A DNA stretch of 61,577 nucleotides from Salpingoeca rosetta (GCA_033442325.1 JAWQFM010000011.1:875575-937151), one strand, 5' to 3'. Numbered from the stretch's first letter, positions 17,613 to 33,723 are shown. Program-made: numbers and translations. Notes: a model not told the origin generated them from the sequence alone.

Positions 17613-20600
17613 CGAGCAACCGCGGCCAGAGGGTTGGCTTGGCTTGGTTGGTGGGAGGTGTCGGTGGCTTGCTTGGGGGTGGTGTGCGGATGGATTGGCG
17701 ACAACTTGCTTGCAACTGCTGCGGAGCAATTAATAACTGCTGATCACTCGTGCAATGCCAGCGCACAAGGTCGATCGAGCAAAGGCAGAAAGGTGGAAGA
17801 AGAAGAAGAAGAAGAAGAAGGAGCAGAAGATGATGATGAAGATGTGCAGCGGCCGAGGTGGCTCTTCTTTCTTGCCTCTCTGCGTCTTGCTTCTTTTTTT
17901 GGGGTGTGAACCAAGCTGACCGAAGGAAGTCAGCTGCGAGGTATGAGGCAAGCAACGGCGCGCGCGTGTGTGTGTGGGTGTGGGTGCGAGTGCGTGTGTG
18001 AGTGGGTGAGTGCTTGCTGATCAGGTGACACAAATAGAAGAAGAAGAGGGCATGCGATCACAAGAAGGGCAAGAAGGTGGTTGCTGTCTGCTGCACTGCT
18101 GTTGATGAAGCAATGAGGCGATGCAACAATGGAAGAGGAACGGGGCAATCAACGCGCCAGGTGCACGTGGGGATCCCCCACTGCCCACTGGTGCAACGTG
18201 CAATGTGCTTGTTGTGTGTGTGTGTGTGCGTGTGTGTGTGTGTGCTTGTTGTGTGTGTGCACGAACACATGATTCACTCACGCAAAGGGCTTGGTTGGCT
18301 GGTGGTCGTTGGTTGGTGGCGATCAAGGGAGGAGAAAAACGAAAACAACATGCACAGAAACACACGAGGCAAAAGTGTTGGTGTTGTCTTGTGAGCGCGG
18401 CACCGGTGTCACAAAGCAAATGCACGAAGAAGCAAAGCAAGCACACGCACACGGAACAGAGCAAGCAAGCAAGCACGTACACGACGTTAGCAGGGTCAAC
18501 GTCATCATCATCTGACGCCCACACACCATCATCACACGACACAAAACACAAACACAAACAAAGCCCACCTTGCTGTGTCGAGGGAAACGAACAACAAACA
18601 AACAACCAAGAACGGAGCAAGTGTGCTGCTGCCTGTCTGTCTGTCGTGGTGAACTGGCAAAGCGAGCCAAGGCAAGCAAAGCACGCGAGACAGGAGGGTG
18701 TTCCTTCCTTGTTTTTGCTTTTCTTTCTTCTTTGCTTGTTGCTTGTTGTTTGGTGGTTGTTGGTGTGATGCGAGAGATAGCCAAGCAAGCGAAAGTTCTG
18801 TGTGCTTGGCTTGCTTCTTGCTTGTGTGTTTTTGCGGGTGGGCAGAAAGCAGAAGAAGAAGAAGAAGAGGAGGAGGTTGTCCCGCCACACAACAACAGGA
18901 CAAGCAGTAGCGTGAGTCATGAAGGAAATAAAAAAATTCTTGCATGCAGGTTTCGGGGCGTTCGAGGCCCCGTTGGGTGTGGCGTTGGCAACACACTCTG
19001 AATTCAGTTTTGTTCGAAAATTCATTCTAATCATTGCATAACATTCAGCTGGATATCTTCAATGAATGTTCGTGCACACATTCACACAAAATGGGATTCT
19101 AGAAGGCCGGACTTTTTTGGTTTTCATCATCAACACACAAGAGCAAGAAGGGCAAAAGCAAGGCAACCAATATCCAACCTTCCATTTGTTTCCATCTTTT
19201 CCCCTCCCGTTCCTTCTCTGTTTCTCTGCTTCTTCTGTTGTGCCGTGTTGGACTGTTGTTGGGTGTTGACGTTGTCGGCAGCTTCTCGACCGTTCATCAT
19301 TTTCACCAGCCCGTCAGATCGCCGAGCGTGCCAGGTTGTTGTTGTTGTGTGTGCCATCGCGGAGCAAGCAAGCAAACAAAAAAGGTGAGCCGAGAAAAGA
19401 AACGAAGCACCGGTTTTCTTGCTGTCTTTCGTAAGTCATGGCAGTCTGGCAAAAGCTGATGCTGGATTACAGCAATCACACACAAGAACCAGACACACAC
19501 AAAACCGCAGCAGCAGCAACATCACACGGGGTTGCCCCTTCTTGAGCTTCCTCTCCTGTCTGTGCTTCTTTCTTTCTTGGGGGTCGGTCGCTTTATTTCT
19601 TATTCATCCCTTGTTCCGCACCACGCTCCAAGAAGTAAGCAAGCAAGCGCGCAAGCCAGCCGCGCCACCGTGCGTTCGAGATTGCCCACACGCCAGCACC
19701 AGCGGTGGGCGCGCGTGGGTGTGTTGTGCTGTGTATTGATTGTGTTGTGTTGTGTCAAACTCACTGTCCTGACGTGTCTCCCCCCCCCCCTCGCTTTCTC
19801 CCCTTTCTCCCTCTTCTCCAACTTTCTCTCACCACTTCCCACCGTCAGCCCCAACCCACTCACACACGTCCACCAACCCGTCCACCAATACATCCCCAAA
19901 CATATACACGCTGCATATTTGCCTTGTGTGCTGCCATCTAAAATACGACACAAACTGACACATTGCATCTCCCCCTCTTGTGCCTCTCTCCACATCCCAT
20001 CTCTACCTCTCATCTCCACACATATACACTCTCCTCTCCCTGCCCCTTTCTCTCCTCATTTCCACTTTGTTCCAATCCACAAGACAGCTGTCCACTTGAC
20101 GCGAGCCTTTGCTGCGGTGAACGAACGAACGAACGAAGAAACGAGTACCTAAGTCCTGAACACTCTCTCGGCAACTTGGAAACCTCCCAACTCCCTCCCT
20201 CCCCCCCCCTCTCTCTCTCTCTCGTCGAAACTACTTTGGCGCCCCTTCCCCGGGATCTCACCAAGAGCACCCGCTTCAAAGCCGTCTTCGGTATTTGAAT
20301 CAAGCCCATCCATCCATCCATCCATCCAACACCAAGCACTTAACAACTTACACAACCAACCAACAACCAACCAACCAACCAACCAACCCACCAACAACAG
20401 CACTCATCGACAACTCTTTGAACGTACAACACACAACACACACAAGACCACAACACCAACAAGGCACACACGCGCCTCTCTCCGCTTCCCTTGCGCTTGT
20501 GTGATCCATCCACCCATCCATCCATCCATCTGCTTGCTTCCCCCCCCCCCCTTTTTTTCTTGTCTTCTCCTCCTCTTCCGTTCCACTTGTGTGCCCACCA

Positions 20601-20624
20601 TCGGTTCTCTCTCGAGCGAACACG

Positions 20625-21881
20625 ATGCATCGTTTTGTTGACACATTGCCCACCATGGATTCTGCTGGTCTGGATGCTGGCTCAAAGACATCGACAAGCT
20701 TGGCACGCACCCGCTCCGGCCTTGGCGCAGTCACAACTTCCTCAGGCTCGGCACCCGCTCCGCCGCCACACACCTCGCCAGCAGTCACAGCAGCAACCGC
20801 TGCCCGCTCATTCTACAGCCAGCAAGGCCTGCCTACATCGGCAACAGCACCCGCCCTCTATCCGGTCAACGCATCGTCCTTGCTCTCGTCATCCGCGTTC
20901 CCAACCCCGGCAACCACCGTCATCACCACCACTCGCCCAAGATTCGCCCACGAGGAAGGAGACGCCTCTGCACTCCACGGGACCGCATCGTCGAGCTCGC
21001 CCAGCTATGCCGGCGCCACAGCGACAGGACCCGTCCCACTCTCAGCGACCACCGCTGCAACCACCACAAGCACCTCAGCCACGGCCACCACGACAATGGA
21101 CAGCAGCGGCGCAAGCCAGATGTTCACCATGCCCTGGAAGACCACTGCGCTGGCAGCCGCCGCTGAGAGCTTCTACCGCTCGGCGCTCAACTCCAAGATC
21201 AACCACGTGCTGACCGGCGTGCGCGGCCCGCTCTTCCCCAACATGCAGGTGCAGCTGCCCACCCGCGTCGTCTACATCACGGGCTTCAAGTTTGTGCGCA
21301 TCATGGCCGACAGCCACTTCAACGCGGCAAACTACCCGGGCATGGAGCACGTGGTGCGCCCGCTCGCCGCCGTCACCCCTGGCGTGGTCATGACCCCAAT
21401 CAGCAGCGTCCTGGAGGCGTGCAACGCCAACCTCAGCAACGAGCCCCTGTACAAGCGCTGGCGCCGCGGCTTCAACGCCCGCTGCGGCCGCGAGGTCATC
21501 TTTGGCATTGGCCTCAACCAACTCTCGGAGCACTTTGAGCACCGCATGCCGCACGACCTCAGCCCGGCCGTACGCAACGCAGCCGGTTGCGTGACCGCGG
21601 GCGTCATTGCAGGCTACCTCTCCCACGTGCCCCACAACCTCTCCACCATGAAGCTCATGAACCCGAAACAGTCGTACATGGCCCTGCTCAAGCAATTCTC
21701 CCGCCAGTGGTACAGCCGCCTCGACTTTCTTGGCCAAGGGCGGGCGCGGGAGACTGGTGCCGTCGTCATGTCGCTCGTCCTCCCGCAGGGGCTTGTCGTG
21801 CGCACCGCACAGGTCGTCGGCTCCTTCATCATCCTCAACGGCATGATCCACGCCTTCCGCGCCCGTCTCGGCGAGGCGTGA
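20625..21881 (+). CDS. Intronless protein: Ser/Thr/Ala-rich N-terminus plus a divergent mitochondrial-carrier (SLC25)-like C-terminal region
   Basis: One long GC-rich ORF with coding-like codon usage (ATG at 20625, or CACCATGG at 20655). Degenerate carrier-like elements: GVVMTPISSVLE, LYKRWRRGFNARCGREVIFGIG, AGVIAGYLSHVPHNLSTMK, QGLVVRTAQV. The ORF is well supported; the family call is tentative. Confidence 0.6.
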   Translation: MHRFVDTLPTMDSAGLDAGSKTSTSLARTRSGLGAVTTSSGSAPAPPPHTSPAVTAATAARSFYSQQGLPTSATAPALYPVNASSLLSSSAFPTPATTVITTTRPRFAHEEGDASALHGTASSSSPSYAGATATGPVPLSATTAATTTSTSATATTTMDSSGASQMFTMPWKTTALAAAAESFYRSALNSKINHVLTGVRGPLFPNMQVQLPTRVVYITGFKFVRIMADSHFNAANYPGMEHVVRPLAAVTPGVVMTPISSVLEACNANLSNEPLYKRWRRGFNARCGREVIFGIGLNQLSEHFEHRMPHDLSPAVRNAAGCVTAGVIAGYLSHVPHNLSTMKLMNPKQSYMALLKQFSRQWYSRLDFLGQGRARETGAVVMSLVLPQGLVVRTAQVVGSFIILNGMIHAFRARLGEA

Positions 21882-23216
21882 CGCGTGCGTGCGTGCGTGC
21901 GTGCGAACTCTACAATCTGTGCAACCAGCTCCCTGCCCCCTCCCCCCTTACGCGACCGTGCATGTCCCACCGACACGCGCTGGTGTAACCAAGACAACGA
22001 CGACTCTCTGAAACGATGATGGTGATGATGATGATGGCCGCCACCGCGCCAGTTTTGCTTTTGCGCGCAGTTGGTGCCCTTCTTGTTGACCATGACCATG
22101 ACCATGATGAAGATGACTGATTATTATTGTGGGTGCCTTGTGGTGGGCTGACACCTTCTTTTGTGTTCTCTCGTCAGTGTGTTGTCCACATGGGCGGGTT
22201 GTCTGTGCCCACCTGCATTGTCTTGTTGCTCTGTCCCCCTCACTATCACCTGCTACACTCGGGGCATTGTTGAGTACGCACGCTGCGTGCAGCGCTGGCC
22301 TCTGCTCATGGTTTGTATCCCATCATTTCCCCGTCTCCTCTTCGATATCTTCGCGCTAAGCAGCACCGTTCTAGGGACGTGCTTGATGTCCCGAGCACGC
22401 CTATGTGCACCCCCTCCACTGTGTGGTTGCGAGTGCTTTGTTGTTTGGTGCCTTTGACGATGACCACTCGCTCTTCTTATTGACGTCAATGGCCCTCCTT
22501 ATTTGAAACCTGTGTCCCCCTGCCCCCCCCCCTCCGTCCCTCTTTCTATCTGCCCGCCCTCCATTGTGTGCGCGGCTCCTTCTTATCGTCTTGCCGGCAC
22601 TGCTGCGTGGTGCCCCATCTATCCCCCCCCCCTCAATCTTGCTTGCACATGTTTGGATTGAACTAGGCAGATAACGATACGAACCCAGCAGACACGAGCG
22701 AGGCTGTTACTGTTGCTCCGCTCTTGTCGTTCTGTTTGCGCTTGGGTGTGGCAGATGTTGCGTGAGCGTGGGCGGTGCATGCAGGTGGCGCTGTTGTGTA
22801 CATGAGGGGATGGACGTGTTTGGGTTCAGAGCAGTGTTTTTTTTAGTCATCATCATTCATCATCACACCAGTCATGTGTCATTCGTGGTGTGTGTTCTCT
22901 CCAGTGCTTACCACACCACCACAAGTGTCATTTCATCATTCCCTGTTATGTCATCTTAGTTTCAGGCGTTGTATAAACAGTTGCATGTGACATAACTTGA
23001 CGACAACAGCATGCATGCATGAGACTGAACAAAATGATGAACAAGCAAGAAGACGGAAAGAAAGAACAAAGAGCAGATGGGAGATGAAACAAACAAGCGA
23101 GTGAGCGAGCAGAAGTGGGGCATGGAAAGCGAAACTGAAAACGGTGGTTGCAAGAAGGGTGTCATGCGCGCCGCAAGATCATCCTTGATTGGGTCGAGGT
23201 GGATGGGGTGCGCACG

Positions 23217-26055
<2,839 letters not shown>

Positions 26056-26097
26056 GCCCTCTAGTGTGTGTGTGTATATATATGTGTGTGTGTGTGT

Positions 26098-26140
<43 letters not shown>

Positions 26141-26495
26141 TTGGGAGAGAGTCAGGGGGGGGGGTTGCTTGGTGTTTGCGTTTACTCTGTTTGTCTGGTG
26201 TGTGCAGTGGCGCGCTCTTCGCCAAGTTGCTGTGTTTTGGTTGTTGGCAAAGCAAGCAAGCAAGCAAGCAAGCAAGAAGGCACGAAGCAAAGGCAGGATT
26301 GACTTTGGGGAAGCAAACAAGCAAGCAAGTCAATTTTGCGTATGGGCACGAAGCACCACCAACAACCGACGAGAGAGAAGAAGTGGTGTGTTGTTGGTGT
26401 GTTGTGGGGGGGCTTTCTGAACGCGTGCCTGGTTTGTTGCATTACAGGTCTCGCGTCGAACATAATACCGTCGCACAGAGAGCGGACAACCAACC

Positions 26496-27141
26496 ATGGG
26501 AGGCGAGGTTGACCAACCTAGAATCATCTTGACACCCATCATCGATGATGAGGATGCCGCCAGCAACGTCAAGTCCAACTTTGTTCGCACCATCCCGCTT
26601 GTCTCCACGATTTTGGTGCGCTTGTGTGTATGTGAGTGTATGTGCGTGTGTGTGTGTTTGCGTGTGTGTATGTGCATGTGTGTCTGTCTGTGTGTCTGTG
26701 TGTGTATGTGTGTGTGTGTGTGTCTGTGTCTGTGTTTGTGTCTGTGTTTGTGTGTGCATGCTTTGGGTCACTGCTTGTGTCGTTTATTGTTGGTTCTGTG
26801 TTGTCCGTCCGCTCATCATCTCTGTGTTGTCCAATCATCGTCTTCGTGTTGTCACATGCACCACTGACGCGGATGCCCCTCCGTTGACGTGCAGGTTGGG
26901 CGCGCAGTGCCAAACAAGCAAGCGCCTGCACCCGACAACGCCATCTTCGAGAACAAAGTCCTCTCCCGATCGCACGCCGAAATCTGGCTCGAAAACAACC
27001 TTGTGCGTGGGCTGGGGAGGGGAAAGTGGAGTGTCTTTGCCATGTGGTGCGTGTGTGCGTATCAGAGTACCTCGGACACCGCTGTTGTACACGCGAGGGA
27101 TGGAAGTTGATGGCAGCTTGTGTTGTGTGTGTTTGTGTGTA

Positions 27142-27180
<39 letters not shown>

Positions 27181-27905
27181 CTCGAGCATCGGCCGTGCTG
27201 ATGGGGTTGTCGCTGCTGCGTGGCATCGTGTCAATGCTCAATCTCTTCTTGCAGGTTTACATCAAGGACACCAAGAGCAGCAATGGCACATACGTCAACG
27301 CCAAGCGGTTGAGCAAGAGCAACGAAGAGTCTGCCCCCGTTCAGCTCAAGACTGGTGAGTATGTTGGTGCAGTTCAATTGTGTGTGTATGACAGGGGTTA
27401 CCGCATGTGTGTGTGTGTGTGAATTGCACATTGAGTTGCTTCAATCGTGTTGCAACCACTCATCTCTGGCGGCTCCAATTCGCATTCCCCCTCCCCCTCC
27501 CCGTCTTTCTGTGCAGGCGACCAAGTGCGCCTGGGTGTGGATGTTGTGGAGAGCAAATCTGCGGTGCACCGGCGCCTGACGCTGGACGTGTGTGTGGTGC
27601 TTCCCGCGCTTGTGCGGCCCATCGAGGACATCCTGTCTGCGCCAGTCGAGGCATTTGAGGATGCAGACAGCGCCGTGCTCCTGGAAGAGGTGTGTCGATG
27701 GCACCTAATGCCTGAGGCGTGGCTCCAGCGTTGCAGCTGTTTGTTTGAAGTTGCTGTCGTGTGTGGTGGATCTGGAGCTTGAGAGCCGCTGCTGCTGGTG
27801 CACTTTCATGGGGATCGCTCGTCTACCCTTTGCCTGTTGGTTCCCGCTTTAGAGTCGCACACATGCACTCACATGCTCTTAGTTACTCACCCACTCACTC
27901 ACATA

Positions 27906-27990
<85 letters not shown>

Positions 27991-28458
27991 ATGGCTTCTT
28001 TCGTCCAACACTTCACCCCCCTCCCCCCGCCACCGTCTGCAGCTTCGCAACCTGCGCACGGAGTACACGTCTGTGTGCACGGACTTTATGCACCTGCACG
28101 AGAGCCTGCTGCAAGCGCAGGAGACGGAGGACAAGCTTGGCCAGCGCATCAAGCAGCTCACAGACACCATCGTTGACCTCACCACCCTCATCGACGAAAA
28201 CGCAGAGGTGCCTGTGTGTGTTGCGTTTGTTTGTGCGTGTGCTTTTGTGTATGTGTGTGTTTGTGTATGTGTGTTGTATGTGTGTGTCTGTGTCTGTGTC
28301 TGTGTTTGCGTGTTTATTTGTTTGGTTGGTGTGTGTGTGTGTGTGCACCTATTCCTGTATGCATGCGTTCCTTTGTCCTCCTGAGGTATCTGTCTCTCTG
28401 CCTGTCTACCTTTTCCCTGCCTGTGCCGCACCACCGTCACCACCGCCCAACAACTTCC

Positions 28459-28503
<45 letters not shown>

Positions 28504-28753
28504 CTCAGGATACGGTGCACGCCGACCGGCTGCTTGACCGCATGGAGATGCTGGAGCAGCAGCTCGACTTCTACCGCCGCCGCGCACAGCAGCTCGTAGA
28601 CGGCGCCGCCAGCACTGAGGACTCCGACTACGCAGCACAGCAGGAGGTGCGCTGCCGTGGTGGTGATGGTGGTGGTGATGATGATTGGAGCTTGGACGAA
28701 GGGGGGGGGGACAGCCCTTGCAGCGACATCAGAGGCACCTGACATGAGGCTGC

Positions 28754-28804
<51 letters not shown>

Positions 28805-29660
28805 NNNNNNNNNNNNNNNNNNNNNNNNNNNNNNNNNNNNNNNNNNNNNNNNNNNNNNNNNNNNNNNNNNNNNNNNNNNNNNNNNNNNNNNNNNNNNNNN
28901 NNNNGTGTGTGTGTGACCAGGCGCAGCAGCGCATTCCTGCGATCCGACCATGAGCAAAAAATGCAGACAGTTCAGCAGAAAGCAGGAACAGCTCAAAAAT
29001 CAAATTCAAACAGGCAAGATGCGCACATACTACACTGGCACTTTTCACGTCTCTCACACACACGCACACACACACACACATGGCCGTGCTGTTGAAGGCG
29101 TTAATCCCCCTTGCTTACACATGCTCCCCCCCCACCACCACCTCGCCTTTTTCTGGTGGTGCAGGTGGTGACGAAGCTGGAGCGGCTGCAGCGAGCGACA
29201 CCGGGGGCGCTGCTCGCGCAGACACGTGTGAACGAGAATGGGGAGGAAGAGAAGGGGACGGTGAGGAAGCAAGAGACCGACGACGAGAAGCGTGCAGAAG
29301 AAGAAGAGGAGGAGGAGGGAAAGGAGCAACGGGAGGATGAGTTTGAGGACGTGGAAGATGAGGAAGAGGAGGAAGCGCACGCAGGGGAGGACGAGGAGGA
29401 GCAACACGCAACGGCAACGGGCAATAGGAGACACGACGAGAAGGTGGCAAAGGAGAGCAGCCCGCACGACGCAGTGCAGGACAAGAATGTGCCCGCTTCC
29501 TCGAGCTCCGCTGCTGATGAAGGCAAACGCGAAGAACAGCAGCAACAGAAATCGCAACAGCAGGAGGACGTGCGCGCGGCTGTTGAGACGAGGAGCACGG
29601 GCGTCCAATCAGGTTCGCTCGGAGGCGAAAAGAAGGAAGAAGGGAGTTGCACGTGTGTGC

Positions 29661-29729
<69 letters not shown>

Positions 29730-30791
29730 CAATGGACGTGCCTACCTGTGTCCTGTGTGACGTTTTTCGTTATGCACGTGATGACACCATGCTGTTCGTC
29801 GTGCAGATCTCATCAAAGTGGAAGTCAAGGAGCTCGAGGATAGAATTCGACAACTCCAGAAGCAGTTGGTACGCTTTGTGTGTGTCTGTGTCTGTGTGTC
29901 TCTGTGTGTGTGTCTGTGTGTCTGTGTGTGTATGTGGGTGCATATGTATGTATGTGTGCATTTGCACTGCCCGTCAGCTCATATCGGCGCTGACGTCGTC
30001 TGTTCCGTTCCCCTGTGCCCTGGTCTTGCTTCCCCGTTGGTTCTGTGTGTGTGCAGGATGAGGCGAAGAAAGACCTGCGCGGCGCTTCGAAACGCGCCGC
30101 AACAGAGGAGGTGCGGGCATCATAGCTGTTGCTTGCTGGCCATGTTCCTTGCGAAGCTGTGTTGGGAATCTCGTGTGATTCAAACATGCTGGCATGTGCT
30201 CATCTGCGCGCATGTGATTCGTGTAGGAGAAGCGAAAGAAGAAGGAGGTGGAAATTGCCAACAAGAAGGACGAGCTCAAGAAGCACAAGGTATGGCTGCA
30301 CAAGCCTAATGATGCATGCACGACTCGGAACACACACACATGCATGTGCGCGTACGCATAAAACATCAACCACGCACACGCACACGCACACACCAAACAC
30401 ACACACACACACCAAACACACACACACACTGAACACACACGCGCGCGCAGGACTCGATGAAGGCGCTGGATGCCAAAGTGAAGCGGACAGAGACGCTGCT
30501 GAAGAAGGCAACACAGGAAGTGACGCAAGCGAGCGAACTTGGAAAGACGCAGGAGCGTACCATTGCGCAATTGAAGGAGGCGCTCTCCGCCGAGAAGACA
30601 GCAAAGCAGAAGCTGCAAGCACAGCAGTGGTCCTTGACATCAAAGGTGTGTGCTGCTGCTGCTCCTGCTTTCCATTTCCTGTGCACTCCTGTTTGTTTCA
30701 TTGTGAGGGCGTTGCTCGCCAGACTTCCTCTGCTTCTGCTGTGCGGTTCGTCTCTGCGTGGGTGGTGATCGTCGTGTGTATGTCCATCTGA
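26496..30791 (+). CDS. SLMAP: SLMAP/Far10-like protein (FHA domain, coiled coil, putative C-terminal membrane anchor); STRIPAK component
   Basis: FHA: VGRAV...DNAIFENKVLSRSHAEIW...YIKDTKSSNGTYVNAKRLSKSNEESAPVQLKTGDQVRLGVDVVE, matching the SLMAP-type FHA. Coiled-coil and acidic exons follow, then a hydrophobic tail AVRFVSAWVVIVVCMSI*. The 3' end and the exon next to gap 28805-28904 are uncertain. Confidence 0.82.
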
Positions 30792-31154
30792 TGACCACAT
30801 TAGTAGTGCTGGCTGCTGCTTGCTGCTTGCCGCTGCTCCTTGCGTGCCCTCATCTTCCACGTCATGTGCTGTTTGTGCCAGTCGTCCATTTTCCACTTGT
30901 GCGTTGGCGGCGTTGTTGCCATCGTGGTGGCCTGGCTGCTCCGCTCAGCAACTCCCGTCTGAGCGCACAACAACACACCTACGAACACGCGCGTGCACAT
31001 GCGCTTTCCCCCAGAAGCAAGCCTCGCTCCTTGTTCCGCGTTCCCTTCTCGACAGTCCTCTCGCGTCTCTCCGTTGACTCATCGTTTCTATCGCCTTTGT
31101 TACATTCCTTTCACCATGACCTTCTCGCCTGTCGTCATGCATATGGCTCTTCAC

Positions 31155-31194
<40 letters not shown>

Positions 31195-31517
31195 CCTGTC
31201 TGCGCATCCGTCCATCTGCGTGTGGCCGTCCATCCGTCTATGTCTGTCCGCCCCGCATGTGTGTCAACGTGCATCTGCTGTGCCTCAAACACCCCTTGCT
31301 TTGTGCTTGATTGAGATGCGGTTGTTTCTTCTTGCTTGGGTTCGTTCGTTTATCTCAAACGTCCTGTACAAAGCCAATATACACCCTCAACCCTGTCCTC
31401 AACTCCTATTGACGGCCCTGTGACGACTAACAGCTCAGCCGTTCGTGTGCATGCCTGCATGCACGCAATGCCGCACCACGTGCCTCTGCCGCATCAACGA
31501 CACCTGTGGCTTTGCGG

Positions 31518-33348
31518 CTAGAGGTCATGAAAGGAGATGAGCTCAATGTCCAGCTCTTGCAGTCCACGCTTCAGCGCGGGATCAGTGAGCACACGCAGCT
31601 CAACCACGCGGTTGTTGCATTGCGAGAACGCATCGGGGCCAGCCTGCCCACACATTGGTGATTGTTTGCAGTGGCGGCATTGTGATGGTGTGGTGGGGAT
31701 GTCAAATGAGATTGTGAGGTGAGGCGCTCAAGGAGAGCAGGTGCACGGCGGTTCAGGCGATGCAATTTGATAGGGCGGATGTTGCGGCTTGTGAGTGGCA
31801 AGTTTCACAGAGCAGGTTTGGTGATGGGTTCCTGTGAACATTGGTGGTGATGTTGAAGCGTTTGGTGTGGGCAGCCTCGCGTGATTTGTGTTGTCTTACG
31901 TTGCCGCACCCGCCAACAGGCGGAATGGCAGGATACCCGGGGTGGGCCATGAGCTCGCATGTGCGCATGCCTGATCAACACAAACATGCACACGTGCACA
32001 GAAGAAGGTGGTGATGGCACAGAGGACATTGGTGACGAAGCACGTCAGCGTCGCCGTCAATACATGCGTTGGCACAACAAGCGCTGGACATGCTTGTATA
32101 CCCACAACGCACGCACGCACGCACGCATGGGCACCTTGCGCAATGAGGGCGCGCATGTCTCGCAGGATGTCGTCAGCAGTGAGAGAGGGCCGGTCGTAGT
32201 CAAGGCCAACGAAAGCATCCGTCATGCGCAGACCGCTGGCATCAAACGCGGCACGAGTCTGCACACACACACAGACACACAGACACACAGACACACAGAC
32301 ACACAGACACACAGACACACAGACACACACACACATGCACACACACAGACACACACAGACACACATGCATACATTGGTGTAGATGACGGTGAGGTTGGGC
32401 GTTGCCAGCGCATGAGTCAGCATGACAAGCAATGCGAATGCTGCACTGATCGAGCACGAAGGGCGTACCTTGGTGGCACAGCGAACCACCCGCTGCAGAA
32501 ACGGCGAGAGTGTGGTGGAAGCGTGGTCATGATGCCGGTGGAAGCTGGGCGCGCGCACAGACCGCAGGTGCGTCGGGGAGTACTGGGCGATGGCGGTGTA
32601 GACTTGTGGCAGGATGAAGATGTGGTTGTGTGCGTCAAGGTGGCGGCAGGGGCGGCCAGTCATGGCTTGGAACGCCTCCAGCTGCGCACGAAGCTCACTT
32701 GCAACCTCCTGCGTATGCCAGCACGCTGCGCACTCGAACGCACCGTGCTTGCCATGAAACATGCCATCACCGCCAACATGGGCTGCGCGCGTGGGCTGCT
32801 GCCGCCGCTGCATGTGCGAGCGCCACGACTCAATGTCAGGGGCGCTTGCTGGGCGCCGTGACGGCGTGGACGCCGAGTGCACGACAGAGCGGGGCATGTG
32901 AGTTGCTGGTCTGGAAGGAGACGAGGGGGACGTGGTTGGAGCGGACTCGGGTGCGATCGCCGCCGGCGGTGGTGCCAATGGCGCTGATGCAGAGGACGAC
33001 ACTGATGACGACGTTGATGGTGAAGGAGGCGGTGATGTGGAGCCCGTGGATGAGAGGGAGGAAGAGGAAGAGGAAGAGGAGGAGGCCAACAGCAGCTGCC
33101 CACCCAGGGCCTGAGCCAGCGGCCTGGGAGGTGGAGGTGGTGCATGTGCTGGGGGCACTGATGGACTCCGTGCACGTATGGCCCGCTGACCGGTGTGCGC
33201 GAGTGGCACCCCTTCCGTGAGGTTGAAGTGCAAGCCGAGAGGAAGATCGACGGCGTTTGCCATTCGTGCCGCCTCTCGGCTTGCCATCCCGTTCACCAGG
33301 AGCGATGATTGTGTGACCACCCCTTGCTCAAACGCTTCCACAACACCC
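31518..33348 (-). CDS. YDJC: YdjC/ChbG-family carbohydrate deacetylase, 5'-incomplete (first exon probably in gap 33463-33562)
   Basis: GVVTQSSLLVNG, LPLGLHFNLTEGVPL, ELRAQLEAF..TGRPCRHLDAHNHIFILP, ELMAHPGYPAIPPVGGCGN|AGPDAFS...ELRVLTDP...FHDL* (TAG at 31518-31520). The N-terminal ADDFG motif is not visible. Confidence 0.88.
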
Positions 33349-33365
33349 CTGCATACACGCACACG

Positions 33366-33441
<76 letters not shown>

Positions 33442-33462
33442 TGTGTGCGTGTGGGTGGGGGG

Positions 33463-33562
33463 NNNNNNNNNNNNNNNNNNNNNNNNNNNNNNNNNNNNNN
33501 NNNNNNNNNNNNNNNNNNNNNNNNNNNNNNNNNNNNNNNNNNNNNNNNNNNNNNNNNNNNNN
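33463..33562. other. Assembly gap (100 N, probably a placeholder). Other gaps: 10086-10388, 28805-28904, 34416-34595, 60870-60985
   Basis: N runs. Confidence 0.95.
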
Positions 33563-33723
33563 TGATGGATGGATGACTGCCCTGGGCAGAGAGCAGGCAG
33601 GTGGCGAAAGCAGGTCGGTAATGGTTGTACACAAGGCAAGCAAGCAAGCAACCAGGCAAGCAACCAGGCAAGCAACCAGGATGGAAGAGAGAACACACAT
33701 CCACACACATGCATGCGTAGAAG

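Noticed and set aside
18945-18980. GTTCGA hairpin resembling a tRNA T-arm
   Set aside because: The stem register does not fit a T-arm, and no D-arm, anticodon arm or acceptor stem is evident.
21075-21851. Long antisense ORFs opposite real exons (also 16815-17909 and 60112-60858)
   Set aside because: Expected shadow ORFs of GC-rich coding sequence, with no motifs.
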